Shown here: positions 17,777 through 26,087 of the stretch, piece after piece | Numbering within the stretch: the first letter of the stretch is position 1 | Layout: the number at the start of each line of letters is the position of its first letter | NCBI RefSeq assembly: GCF_018917235.1 | Contig: NZ_JAHLOF010000005.1 | Location: 185,129-217,128 of the forward strand | DNA length: 32,000 nt | Origin: Metaclostridioides mangenotii | Lineage (GTDB): Bacteria; Bacillota; Clostridia; Peptostreptococcales; Peptostreptococcaceae | Direction: 5' to 3' | The notes under the pieces: model-generated | Database searches by the model: none | What the model was told of the DNA's origin: nothing | Seen by the model: the letters and a program-made list of their open reading frames with translations, nothing else | Translations under genes and position numbers: made by a program

Positions 17777-17889
17777 TATATATATCTCCTCGTTCCTGTG
17801 TGTATTTATACTTATCTACATTTTAACATTAAGCATGTATCCAAATTCAAACTCTTATAATATCAAAGTTACAAGCAATATTAAAATAG

Positions 17890-17898
17890 TTATCCACA
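17890..17898 (+). promoter_or_regulatory. Isolated perfect DnaA box (TTATCCACA) in the secA upstream region
   Basis: Exact 9-mer match to the DnaA-box consensus. It lies about 115 nt upstream of the secA start, just downstream of a possible TGGAAA-17-TATAAT promoter on the minus strand (17939..17911). Confidence 0.4.
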
Positions 17899-18167
17899 AA
17901 TTATAAAACAATTATACTAGAGTTAAGTCTATTTTTCCAGTGACAAACCCGAATATGTATTATTATTTAAAAAGACAGCTATAAAAAAGCTGCCTAATAT
18001 TTATTATAGCATTATTTAGAGCTATTAATCACTGATTTTTTGATTTTTTGTTATCATTACTAAAATATCATAATTTTGTCAAAATATCTTTTAAAAATAT
18101 CCATAATAACTTTTATAATACGTTATATCATAGTTTTATTTATAAATATAGAAGGAGGTAATTTACA

Positions 18168-18204
18168 AATTAAAAAGGTTGCCCCAAACTTCAGAGACAA
18201 CCTT
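18168..18204 (-). terminator. Rho-independent terminator of hpf
   Basis: On the minus strand, AAGGTTG (18204..18198), a 16-nt loop, CAACCTT (18181..18175), then TTTAATTT. It lies 24 nt after the hpf stop. Confidence 0.55.
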
Positions 18205-18227
18205 AATATATTTTTCAAATTATTTAT

Positions 18228-18773
18228 CTAATCGTGCTCTATTATTCCATAACCTCCGTTGTTACGTTTGTAAACAACAGCAATTTCATCAGTATCAGTA
18301 TTTCTAAACATATAGAAATCGTGTCCGACTAAATCCATTTGAAGCACTGCCTCTTCTTCTGTCATAGGCTTTAAGCTAAATTTTTTACGTCTTTCTATTA
18401 CTAATTCATCATTGTAGTCTGAATCATCCTCAAAGCCGTCTTCTTCAGCTACATCTAAAAATCTTATACTCATATTATCTTGTTTTTTATCTTGTAGTCT
18501 TTTTTTATACTTTCTAATTTGCCTTTTCAACTTATCTGTAACTAAATCAATAGCAGAATATAAATCTTCTTGAGTATCCTCTGCTCTTATAACAGGTCCA
18601 TTTATTGTACGAATAGTAACCTCTATAGTTTGTCTATCTTTTTTTGCACTTACAGTCACTTTCACATCTGTATTTTGATCAATATAGTTTTCCAACTTAG
18701 ATAATTTGATCTCTATTTTCTCTTTTATTGCGTCAGTTAATTCTATTTGTCTCCCAGATATTATTATGTTCAT
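18228..18773 (-). CDS. hpf: Ribosome hibernation-promoting factor, long form (HPF/YvyD/RaiA family)
   Basis: The ORF track starts at 18800, but the ATG at 18773 (MNIIISGRQIELTD) sits 7 nt behind AAAGGGGA. There is an N-terminal S30AE/sigma-54-modulation domain, an acidic linker, and a C-terminal dimerisation domain (MDLVGHDFYMFRN...VVYKRNNGGYGIIE). Confidence 0.93.
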   Translation of the reverse strand: MNIIISGRQIELTDAIKEKIEIKLSKLENYIDQNTDVKVTVSAKKDRQTIEVTIRTINGPVIRAEDTQEDLYSAIDLVTDKLKRQIRKYKKRLQDKKQDNMSIRFLDVAEEDGFEDDSDYNDELVIERRKKFSLKPMTEEEAVLQMDLVGHDFYMFRNTDTDEIAVVYKRNNGGYGIIEHD

Positions 18774-18809
18774 AAAAACATCCCCTTTCATTTGTGACAA
18801 TATATAAAT

Positions 18810-18846
18810 AATTCCATTTGTATATTAATTCTATACAAATAGAATT
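18810..18846. promoter_or_regulatory. 15-bp imperfect inverted repeat in the hpf leader/promoter region
   Basis: AATTCCATTTGTATA (18810..18824), 7 nt, then TATACAAATAGAATT (18832..18846), matching 14 of 15. It lies 37-73 nt upstream of the hpf ATG. Confidence 0.35.
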
Positions 18847-18931
18847 ATCCCTTTGTTCATACAAATTAATATAATTTTTTTATAAAACTAATATTTTCTA
18901 ATTATGTAAAAGTGCATAAGTCTGTATATAA

Positions 18932-19197
18932 TGTGGACTATATCTCACACCATTCTGTGGATAATGTGGATTAAATTGTGAATAAGTTTAAATCCCTTAG
19001 TAAATAGCTTTTTTGTATTTATAAAATATCCACAATATAAGTCGTTATTTGTTATTAATTTGTGAATTAATTAAAATTAAGTAGATTTTGAGATTAATTT
19101 AAATATATTTAAACTTTACTGTTTTATCATGTAAGTTAAATAATATTTAACTAGTATCCCTTAATATTTTAATACCCGAATTCAAAGGTTATACACA
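18932..19197. promoter_or_regulatory. Cluster of DnaA-box-like 9-mers between the structured RNA and hpf
   Basis: Boxes: TGTGGATAA 18956..18964 (perfect, reverse orientation) abuts TGTGGATTA 18965..18973 (1 mismatch). TGTGAATAA 18977..18985 (1 mismatch). ATATCCACA 19026..19034 (1 mismatch, forward). TTATACACA 19189..19197 (1 mismatch). Weaker matches are TGTGGACTA 18932..18940 and TGTGAATTA 19061..19069 (2 mismatches each). Confidence 0.45.
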
Positions 19198-19235
19198 AAT
19201 ATTTGTTCAACTTTTGAAATTTAATGTTATTTATG

Positions 19236-19520
19236 CAAAAATTAGAAGGGGATACTTCAAAACATAAAATAAATTCATCTTATATCTCAAAGTATCCCCT
19301 TCTTAAAAATAATATTTAGTTGACCTGGTCTTTGCCCCCACACTCGCCTACTGGAGGGTTCGCTTGGGTTCGCCGCACTACTACTCTCTCTCGATTTTAT
19401 TATCGGTAGGACTTACTTCTAAGCCGCACCATGCTCATTAGCAACATTTTTATCGCTAACTTACGTGGGTCCTTTTGCCTGCGACTGGCATGGACTTTCA
19501 ACCACAAACCTAAATATTAC
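19236..19520 (-). ncRNA. Structured non-coding RNA between comFC and hpf; candidate raiA-motif RNA, with its own promoter and terminator
   Basis: About 200 nt of markedly GC-richer sequence sits in an AT-rich spacer with no ORF. Complementary segments include CCATGC 19429..19434 with GCATGG 19488..19493, TTAGC 19438..19442 with GCTAA 19455..19459, and CCCAC with GTGGG. A terminator follows on the minus strand: GAAGGGGATACTT 19302..19290 pairs with AAGTATCCCCTTC 19257..19245, then CTAATTTTTG. The comFC-[RNA]-hpf/raiA context is the one reported for the raiA motif. I have not run the covariance model. Confidence 0.6.
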
Positions 19521-19526
19521 TTGTTT

Positions 19527-19555
19527 AGTTTAATATCAAAATCAATTTTTGTCAA
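19527..19555 (-). promoter_or_regulatory. SigmaA-type promoter for the structured RNA
   Basis: On the minus strand, TTGACA (19555..19550), a 17-nt spacer, then TAAACT (19532..19527). It lies just downstream of the comFC stop. Confidence 0.5.
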
Positions 19556-19576
19556 CATACAGCTTTTTACAGTCTA

Positions 19577-20389
19577 TTAACAATCATTTTTAACATATTT
19601 TTCGCTACTTCTAGTTAAGAGTGTTATAACAATTACATCCTTAGCACCCGCAAGCTTTAATACTTTAGAGATCTCATTTACCGTTGCTCCAGTCGTAAAT
19701 ACATCGTCCAAAAGCAGTACTCTTTTGTCTTCAATACATCCAATATCTATATTTTCATTTAGTTTAAAGGCATCTCTTAACTCTTTGCCTCTTTCATCCC
19801 TTTTTAGTTTATACAGCATCTCAGTATTTTTATGCCTTACTACAAGTTCTATTAATGATACTCCTATCAGTTTTGATAAGTACTTTGCTATTTTTTCAGA
19901 TTGATTAAACCCCCTTTTTTTAAGTCTTTTTTTATGAAGAGGTACATATGTTAAATAATCAAATCCAATTCTTTCTATTTCCAATTTTTGTATCATAATC
20001 TGAGCAATATATTTACACATGTAAGTCTTAGAGCTATACTTAAGTCCTAATATAAATCTCTTACTTATGTCATTGTATTCTATACACGAAATTGCTCTGT
20101 CAAAATAAAACGTTCTATTATAGCAGAAATTACACTCACCTAAAAACTCTTTTTCCAAGGAATAATTTATTTTAAATTTTCCACATTTGCCACATCCATC
20201 TAATATAAAGTTAAGCTCATTAAAACAAGTTTTGCAAATAGAATACGAATTTGTCTTTTTTATAGGCCTGTCGCACAATATGCAACTTATATTTTGCGGA
20301 TATAAAATTTCCAAAAACTCTTTGTAGATCTCGTAAAGTCTGTCTTTAAAATTAAAAAAATCAAAATCTCTATCTTTGCTAAACTTCAT
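19577..20389 (-). CDS. comFC: ComF family protein (ComFC-like phosphoribosyltransferase-fold protein with N-terminal zinc ribbons)
   Basis: 270-aa ORF with N-terminal CxxC pairs (CILCDRP..CKTCFNE, CGKCGK..CNFCYN). The C-terminal PRTase motif VLLLDDVFTTGATVNE is present. Confidence 0.85.
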   Translation of the reverse strand: MKFSKDRDFDFFNFKDRLYEIYKEFLEILYPQNISCILCDRPIKKTNSYSICKTCFNELNFILDGCGKCGKFKINYSLEKEFLGECNFCYNRTFYFDRAISCIEYNDISKRFILGLKYSSKTYMCKYIAQIMIQKLEIERIGFDYLTYVPLHKKRLKKRGFNQSEKIAKYLSKLIGVSLIELVVRHKNTEMLYKLKRDERGKELRDAFKLNENIDIGCIEDKRVLLLDDVFTTGATVNEISKVLKLAGAKDVIVITLLTRSSEKYVKNDC

Positions 20390-20391
20390 TC

Positions 20392-22617
20392 TTAGCCGAT
20401 CAGCAACCCTTCTTTTTTAAACTTATTTAGTTTATAACCTAGATTAGAATGTCTATTATTTACTCTATTATTTTTTATCATATATTCTAAGTACTTAACT
20501 TCACCAACCAAAACAACAAGTTTTTTTGCCCTCGTAACCGCAGTATATAAAAGATTTCTACTAAGTAGCATCGGCGGTGCCCAAGTAATTGGTATTATTA
20601 CAACTGGGAATTCACTTCCCTGACTCTTGTGTATTGTCGTGCAGAAACTATGCTCTAATTCATCCAACTCATCGTACGAATACTCTACTATCCTTTCTTG
20701 ATCAAAAATTGCATACAAAATCTTTTTTTGTTTATCTATATGGTATACGTAACCTATATCGCCATTGTATATTCCTTCACCACTATCACTTTGGTCTTCA
20801 GTTTCCCACTTTTTTGTGTAGTTGTTCTTAATTTGCATAATTTTATCGCCTACTCTAAAAAGTCTCTTAGAAAAAGTTTCTTCTACTTTAAATTTTTCTT
20901 TTTTATTAAGATATTTTTGAAGTATTATATTTAAATTAGTAACTCCTAAATCTCCTTTTCTCATTGGTGATAAAACCTGAATATCCTTTAATTTATCCAC
21001 CCCATAAAATTTTGGAAGCCTTTCATTTATAAGCCCTACAATCTCCGCAACTATGTCCTCTGGCTCATCTTTTTTTATAAAGAAAAAGTCTTTTCCCTTT
21101 GAATTTAAATACAATGGTTGTCCGTTATTAATTCTATGTGCATTTACAACAATCATACTCTCTTGAGCTTGTCTAAAAATTTCAGTAAGTCTAACGACGT
21201 TTATTACATCAGAATCTATCATATCCTTTAATACATTTCCCGCTCCAACAGAAGGCAACTGGTCGCTGTCGCCAACTAGTATAACTCTTGTTCCAACCTT
21301 TATTGCCTTAAGTAAATTGTACATAAGTATTATATCAACCATAGATACCTCATCAACAATAACTACGTCAGCTGTAATTGGGTCTTCTTCACTCTTAAAA
21401 AACATAAGTTCGTCATCAGTAGAAAACCCCATTTCAAGTAGTCTATGTATAGTTTTAGCCTCTTTATTTGAAGTCTCACTCATTCTTTTAGCAGCCCTAC
21501 CTGTCGGAGCTGTCAAGATTACTTCTTTTTTATTCTTTTCAAATACTTTGATAATAGAGTTTATAGTGGTTGTTTTTCCCGTTCCTGGACCTCCAGTAAT
21601 TATTACCAACCCATTATCTACGCACTCTTTTATAGCAGTAATTTGATTATTTGCAAGCTCTATTTCCTCTTCATCTTCAACTTCTCTAATCTGCTCGTCT
21701 ATATCTACATTTAAATCTTCAAACTTATGCTCTGATAGCTTAACAATTTGCGAGCATACTCCATTTTCTGATAGAAAATATGACATCAAATATACAAGTT
21801 CACGGCCTTCTATCTTTTCAATGTGAATTTTCTTATTGTATACCAATTCGTAGATACATTCTTCTATAATTTTAGAGTCTATTCCTAGAAGTTTTACCGC
21901 ATCTTGTATAAGAGTATTTTTAGGTAAATATGTATGACCGTTATTTAAGGATAGATTTAATGTATAAATAATGCCCTGAGCCACTCTGTTTTTCGAATCC
22001 TTCTCCATACCAATTTTTTCAGCTATATTATCTGCTATCTTAAATCCTATACCCCTAATCTCATCAGCAAGTTGATATGGATTGTTATTTATTACTTCTA
22101 TCGATTTTTCTCTGTATCTTTTGTAAATTTTTAAACAGAAGCTTGGGGTAATTCCAAACGGCGATAATTCTATAATGATATTTCTGAGCTCTCTATCCTC
22201 TTCATAACTTTTTACAATTTGTTTTACTTTTTTCCTACCTATTCCATCCACTTCTTCAAGTCTTTCCGGCTCATTTTGAATTACATTTAATGTCTCAACG
22301 CCAAACTTATCTATTATCCTCTTGGCCATTTTTTCTCCGATTCCATTTATCATGCCAGAAGATAGGTAGACATAAATACCCTCAAGTGATGATGGAGTTA
22401 CAGGCATAAATGAATTCACTTCAAATTGTGTTCCATAAACTTTATGATTCACCCATTTACCTGAAACTTCTACGCTCTCTCCTACTGCTAAGGTCGGCAT
22501 ACATCCTACAATAACAACTTCATCTTTTTCATTTACTAAATGTGCTATAGTATATCCGTTATCTTCATTTTTAAATACTATATCACTTACCATTCCTTCT
22601 AATCTTTCCATATTCAT
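20392..22617 (-). CDS. recD2: RecD2-type SF1 ATP-dependent 5'-3' DNA helicase (RecD-like, YrrC family)
   Basis: 741-aa ORF. It has GGPGTGKTT (Walker A), VIVDEVSMVD (Walker B), the helicase motifs LVGDSDQLPSVGAGNV and TIHKSQGSEF, and an N-terminal OB/HhH region. The ATG at 22611 is better spaced from AGGAG than the one at 22617. It ends 2 nt before comFC. Confidence 0.9.
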   Translation of the reverse strand: MNMERLEGMVSDIVFKNEDNGYTIAHLVNEKDEVVIVGCMPTLAVGESVEVSGKWVNHKVYGTQFEVNSFMPVTPSSLEGIYVYLSSGMINGIGEKMAKRIIDKFGVETLNVIQNEPERLEEVDGIGRKKVKQIVKSYEEDRELRNIIIELSPFGITPSFCLKIYKRYREKSIEVINNNPYQLADEIRGIGFKIADNIAEKIGMEKDSKNRVAQGIIYTLNLSLNNGHTYLPKNTLIQDAVKLLGIDSKIIEECIYELVYNKKIHIEKIEGRELVYLMSYFLSENGVCSQIVKLSEHKFEDLNVDIDEQIREVEDEEEIELANNQITAIKECVDNGLVIITGGPGTGKTTTINSIIKVFEKNKKEVILTAPTGRAAKRMSETSNKEAKTIHRLLEMGFSTDDELMFFKSEEDPITADVVIVDEVSMVDIILMYNLLKAIKVGTRVILVGDSDQLPSVGAGNVLKDMIDSDVINVVRLTEIFRQAQESMIVVNAHRINNGQPLYLNSKGKDFFFIKKDEPEDIVAEIVGLINERLPKFYGVDKLKDIQVLSPMRKGDLGVTNLNIILQKYLNKKEKFKVEETFSKRLFRVGDKIMQIKNNYTKKWETEDQSDSGEGIYNGDIGYVYHIDKQKKILYAIFDQERIVEYSYDELDELEHSFCTTIHKSQGSEFPVVIIPITWAPPMLLSRNLLYTAVTRAKKLVVLVGEVKYLEYMIKNNRVNNRHSNLGYKLNKFKKEGLLIG

Positions 22618-22770
22618 TCTCCTAAAACGACTAGTATTTCTATACTCGACTCTTCATTCAATTAATATTCATTTTAGCAGAAATAAATTAAAAAGGCTAT
22701 CACTACAATGAGTTCTCAGTTAGCGATTATAGAAATAAAAAATTATATCTAATAATAAAAATATGTCCAT

Positions 22771-22829
22771 AAAAAAGAGATGTCTATTGATAAGGTTTAT
22801 TTGAAAAATCCTTAATCTTTAGACATCTC
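22771..22829 (-). terminator. Terminator of the cobalamin-regulated ABC operon
   Basis: On the minus strand, GAGATGTCTA (22829..22820) pairs with TAGACATCTC (22786..22777) and is followed by TTTTTTAT. An inner TAAGG/CCTTA helix shortens the loop. Confidence 0.65.
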
Positions 22830-22837
22830 AGTAAAAA

Positions 22838-23620
22838 TTAGATACTTTTTTTAAATTCACTTGTACTTTTCCATTTTTCTAAAGACTCTAACATAAATGA
22901 ACGTATATCTATATCATATATATTATTAAGAGTCTCACCGTCTAAAACTTTATTAGGTTTACCGCAAGAGACTAACTCTCCTCTGTGGATGATTGCCACA
23001 TTATCTCCAAAATACTGTACTAAATTCAAATCGTGTAGAACTCCAATAACTGTCTTATTATTTTCTTTCGCCCACTCCGTCAGATAATTTAGTAATTCTA
23101 TTTGATGTTTTAAATCTAAATGATTAGTAGGTTCATCTAATAAAATAATCTCTGGATCTTGTGCCAAAGTCCTTGCCAAGAATACCCTTTGTAGTTGACC
23201 TCCTGATAATTCATCGATCATCTTGTCTTTCATATCGTAGAGACCTACTCTATTTAAGACATCTATTATTATCTCTTTGTCTTCCTTAGTCAAGCTTTTT
23301 AGTACACCAGTAGAATGAGCATATCTACCCAACGAAACTGTATCATATACGCTATACGAAAAGTATAACTGTGACATCTGCCCCATAAGAGCTATTTTTT
23401 TAGCTAAATCTTTTCTAGAAAAATTTGAGACCTCTTTAGAGTCAAGTTTTATGCTTCCACTATAATCAATTACGTTACCAATCGCTTTTAAAAGTGTACT
23501 CTTTCCACTTCCATTAGGACCTACGATACATAGATTATCTCCCTTGCTTACGTTTAAATCCATGTTTTTTACTATATCATTTCCGTCGTAACCACAACAA
23601 AGATCTTTAATCTCTAACAC
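22838..23620 (-). CDS. ABC transporter ATP-binding protein, FecE/BtuD-type (probable corrinoid importer ATPase)
   Basis: 260-aa ORF with GPNGSGKST (Walker A), LSGGQLQRV (signature), ILLDEPTNHLD (Walker B) and an H-loop LHDLN. It is the last gene of a cobalamin-riboswitch-controlled operon. Confidence 0.88.
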   Translation of the reverse strand: MLEIKDLCCGYDGNDIVKNMDLNVSKGDNLCIVGPNGSGKSTLLKAIGNVIDYSGSIKLDSKEVSNFSRKDLAKKIALMGQMSQLYFSYSVYDTVSLGRYAHSTGVLKSLTKEDKEIIIDVLNRVGLYDMKDKMIDELSGGQLQRVFLARTLAQDPEIILLDEPTNHLDLKHQIELLNYLTEWAKENNKTVIGVLHDLNLVQYFGDNVAIIHRGELVSCGKPNKVLDGETLNNIYDIDIRSFMLESLEKWKSTSEFKKSI

Positions 23621-23628
23621 TTTATCAC

Positions 23629-24645
23629 CTATCTCTTTTTAAAATACACCCATGCAAAAAATGGAGCACCTATTATTGCAGTTATAGCTCCAACTGGTAA
23701 TTCAGACGGAGATACAATAGTTCTGGCAATAAGGTCTGTTATTACCATCAGGCTTCCTCCTACAATAAAAGACATTGGTATAACATACCTATGACTTGAA
23801 CCAACTATTTTTCTGGCTACGTGAGGTGCTATTAAATCAACGAACCCTATTGTTCCACTAAGTGATACCGCTCCACCTGTAAGTATTGAAGCAAATATAA
23901 AAAGTTTCTTTTTTACGATTTGTGTATCTACTCCTACAGATTTCGCCTGCTCCTCACCAAATGTCAAGATATCCATCTCTTTAGTAAATTTAAGGACACC
24001 GATAGTTCCAATTATAAAAAATGGAAGCACAAGTCGTACATATAACCAACCTTTCATTGCAAAACTCCCCATTTGCCAAAGCGATACGGCTTTTAACTCA
24101 TTTGAAAAAAGTGCAGTTAAAGTAGTAAGCAATGCATTTACGAAGAGTGAAAAAACCATACCGCAGAGAATTATAGTATTATTAGACATAGATTTATCTA
24201 TCTTATTTGAAAATACAATTACTAAATAAACGGTAGCTAAACCAAATAAAAATCCTACTATTGGCAAAGTAAAACCACTTATAATTGGAATAGATAATCC
24301 ACTTATAATAACAATCCCGGCCCCTAATGATGCTCCTGACGATACACCTAGAGTATAAGGAGATGCTAGTTGATTTTTTAGGATCGACTGTACCACAGCT
24401 CCACTTATTGATAGACAGCCTCCCACTATAAATGCAAGTAACACTCTTGGAAGTCTAAGTTTCCACACAATAGAAATATTTTTAGGATCTATATTATTAT
24501 TTCCTATTGATGTGTTAAATATTTTCTGAAGGATTATCACGACTGTATCGTATATACTAATATTGGAACTACCTAAAGAAGTCCCAATACAAATTATTAA
24601 AAATGCAAATGCAACACTAATTAAAAGTTTACTTCTATTTGTCAT
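23629..24645 (-). CDS. FecCD/BtuC-family ABC permease
   Basis: About 10 transmembrane spans with the family pattern RLPRVLLAFIVGGCLSISGAVVQ...NQLASPYTLGVSSGASLG. The start is uncertain: either the ATG at 24645 (MTNRSKLL, overlapping the binding-protein stop by 11 nt) or the TTG at 24687 used in the ORF track. Confidence 0.85.
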   Translation of the reverse strand: MTNRSKLLISVAFAFLIICIGTSLGSSNISIYDTVVIILQKIFNTSIGNNNIDPKNISIVWKLRLPRVLLAFIVGGCLSISGAVVQSILKNQLASPYTLGVSSGASLGAGIVIISGLSIPIISGFTLPIVGFLFGLATVYLVIVFSNKIDKSMSNNTIILCGMVFSLFVNALLTTLTALFSNELKAVSLWQMGSFAMKGWLYVRLVLPFFIIGTIGVLKFTKEMDILTFGEEQAKSVGVDTQIVKKKLFIFASILTGGAVSLSGTIGFVDLIAPHVARKIVGSSHRYVIPMSFIVGGSLMVITDLIARTIVSPSELPVGAITAIIGAPFFAWVYFKKR

Positions 24646-25543
24646 ATTTTTCTGGGTAAACAGCCTTTGCCATTTGTTTAAGAGCAAGGATTATATGATT
24701 AGATGGTCTAGAAGATGAATCAGTATCTATTTGATGAATATCCCCATTTTTTACTGCTGTGATGTTCTCAAATCCATCCCTGTTTTTAATTTCATCAACT
24801 GGATTATCTATATAGTTTACGTTTGTTAGTATTACATCAGGATTCTTATTTATTACTGCTTCTCCACTTGGAGATAACCAGCTCTTCTCATCCGCAAAAA
24901 CATTATTTGCTCCTATTATCTCTATCATTTCATTTAAAAATGTGCCCTCGCCAAAAGTATATAGGTTAGGAGCTGGAGAAATTTCAAAGTACACTGACTT
25001 CTTATCTTTGATTGTTGCTCCTACTTTAGATATATCATCTATTTGACGTTTCATATCACTTACAAGTTCATTTCCTTTATCCTTTACATCTAAAATATTT
25101 GATATAAATTCAATATCTTTGTATATACCACCTATACTATCACTACTTGGTAGATAAACTACAGGTATGCCTGATTCACTAACTAATTTAAATGGATCTT
25201 CACCAGAACCAGTTTTGTTGTGTCCTGAAGCTATTATAAGATCAGGCTCTAATCCTATTATAGCCTCTGAATCTGGATTCGAAAAATCAATCTTTGTTAC
25301 ATCTTTACTAACCCCTGCTATATTCTCTGAGTACTTATCCACTGCGACCAATTTATCTGCAAAACCTAAATTTGCTATTATTTCTGTATTTGATGGAGCT
25401 GTAGATATAATCTTTTCTATTTTATTAGGGACTTCAACTTTATTCCCTGCTCTATCAGTTATTTCTCTTTTTGTTTCCTGACTACACCCTACTAATATAA
25501 CCATTAGCATAGACATAATAATTGCTACCAACCTCTTTTTCAT
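24635..25543 (-). CDS. ABC substrate-binding lipoprotein, BtuF/FhuD class (cluster A-II periplasmic binding protein)
   Basis: The ATG at 25543 follows AAAGGAGAGAG. The signal peptide has a lipobox (MKKRLVAIIMSMLMVILVGC-S). The body is typical of corrinoid/siderophore binding proteins (PDLIIASG, NPDVILT). Confidence 0.85.
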   Translation of the reverse strand: MKKRLVAIIMSMLMVILVGCSQETKREITDRAGNKVEVPNKIEKIISTAPSNTEIIANLGFADKLVAVDKYSENIAGVSKDVTKIDFSNPDSEAIIGLEPDLIIASGHNKTGSGEDPFKLVSESGIPVVYLPSSDSIGGIYKDIEFISNILDVKDKGNELVSDMKRQIDDISKVGATIKDKKSVYFEISPAPNLYTFGEGTFLNEMIEIIGANNVFADEKSWLSPSGEAVINKNPDVILTNVNYIDNPVDEIKNRDGFENITAVKNGDIHQIDTDSSSRPSNHIILALKQMAKAVYPEKYDK

Positions 25544-25573
25544 ATGAATCTCTCTCCTTTTTTTCATAAATTA

Positions 25574-26080
25574 CTAGTAAACTCTACTTGTAAATTCTGT
25601 TTCCTCAAGACCTTGATCTTTGTTAAGCTTTAGTGCTAAAACAAAGAAATATCCTGAGTATAAATTTACAAAATCAAATAAAATATCATCAACACTATTA
25701 CCTTGCTCTTTGTGCCTACTCAGAAGTCTAACTAAAGACTTACATTTACTCCTGATTACATGGCAATACGAAGCTTGCGTACATCCTTGTGGAAGTACGA
25801 ACTTATTAAAAACATCTTTAACCTCTTCTTGAATATCGGTCACTTTTTTTGCAAGCCATGAAAGTTCTTCTTCAGTAACAGCAACTCTAGTTCTTAGAGT
25901 TGGATTGATATGATACATTATTTCATTGATTTTGCTTAAATCTTCCGTCAGATCTTCAACTTCGACCATTGATCTAAGTAGGCCTATCATGCTTGAAATT
26001 TCATCTGTTAAAATTTCAAAGTCACATCTTAGGTCTGAAGATTCATCATACAAAAAAGGATATGCTAAGTACTTATTCAT
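25574..26080 (-). CDS. PduO-type cobalamin adenosyltransferase-like domain protein that lacks the N-terminal ATP-binding motif
   Basis: Start is the ATG at 26080 (MNKYLAY), 7 nt after AGGAGG. KFVLPQGCTQASYCHVIRSKCKSLVR and FVNLYSGYFFVLAL align with PduO-family segments (F-I/V-LPGG....A.LH.AR...RRAER and NRLSDYLF). There is no KxGDxGxT-like motif near the N-terminus. Confidence 0.5.
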   Translation of the reverse strand: MNKYLAYPFLYDESSDLRCDFEILTDEISSMIGLLRSMVEVEDLTEDLSKINEIMYHINPTLRTRVAVTEEELSWLAKKVTDIQEEVKDVFNKFVLPQGCTQASYCHVIRSKCKSLVRLLSRHKEQGNSVDDILFDFVNLYSGYFFVLALKLNKDQGLEETEFTSRVY

Positions 26081-26087
26081 TTTGATT

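Noticed and set aside
18151-18160. Strong orphan Shine-Dalgarno sequence GAAGGAGGT on the plus strand, just downstream of the hpf 3' end
   Set aside because: No ATG, GTG or TTG lies within 4-12 nt; the nearest is a TTG about 20 nt away. Any continuation would run antisense into hpf. It is probably fortuitous.
18932-19197. The DnaA-box cluster as the chromosomal replication origin
   Set aside because: There are no dnaA, dnaN or rpmH genes nearby, and I found no clear AT-rich 13-mer/27-mer unwinding element adjacent to the boxes. The flanking genes (hpf, comFC, secA) are not origin-proximal markers. It is kept as a non-oriC DnaA-box cluster.
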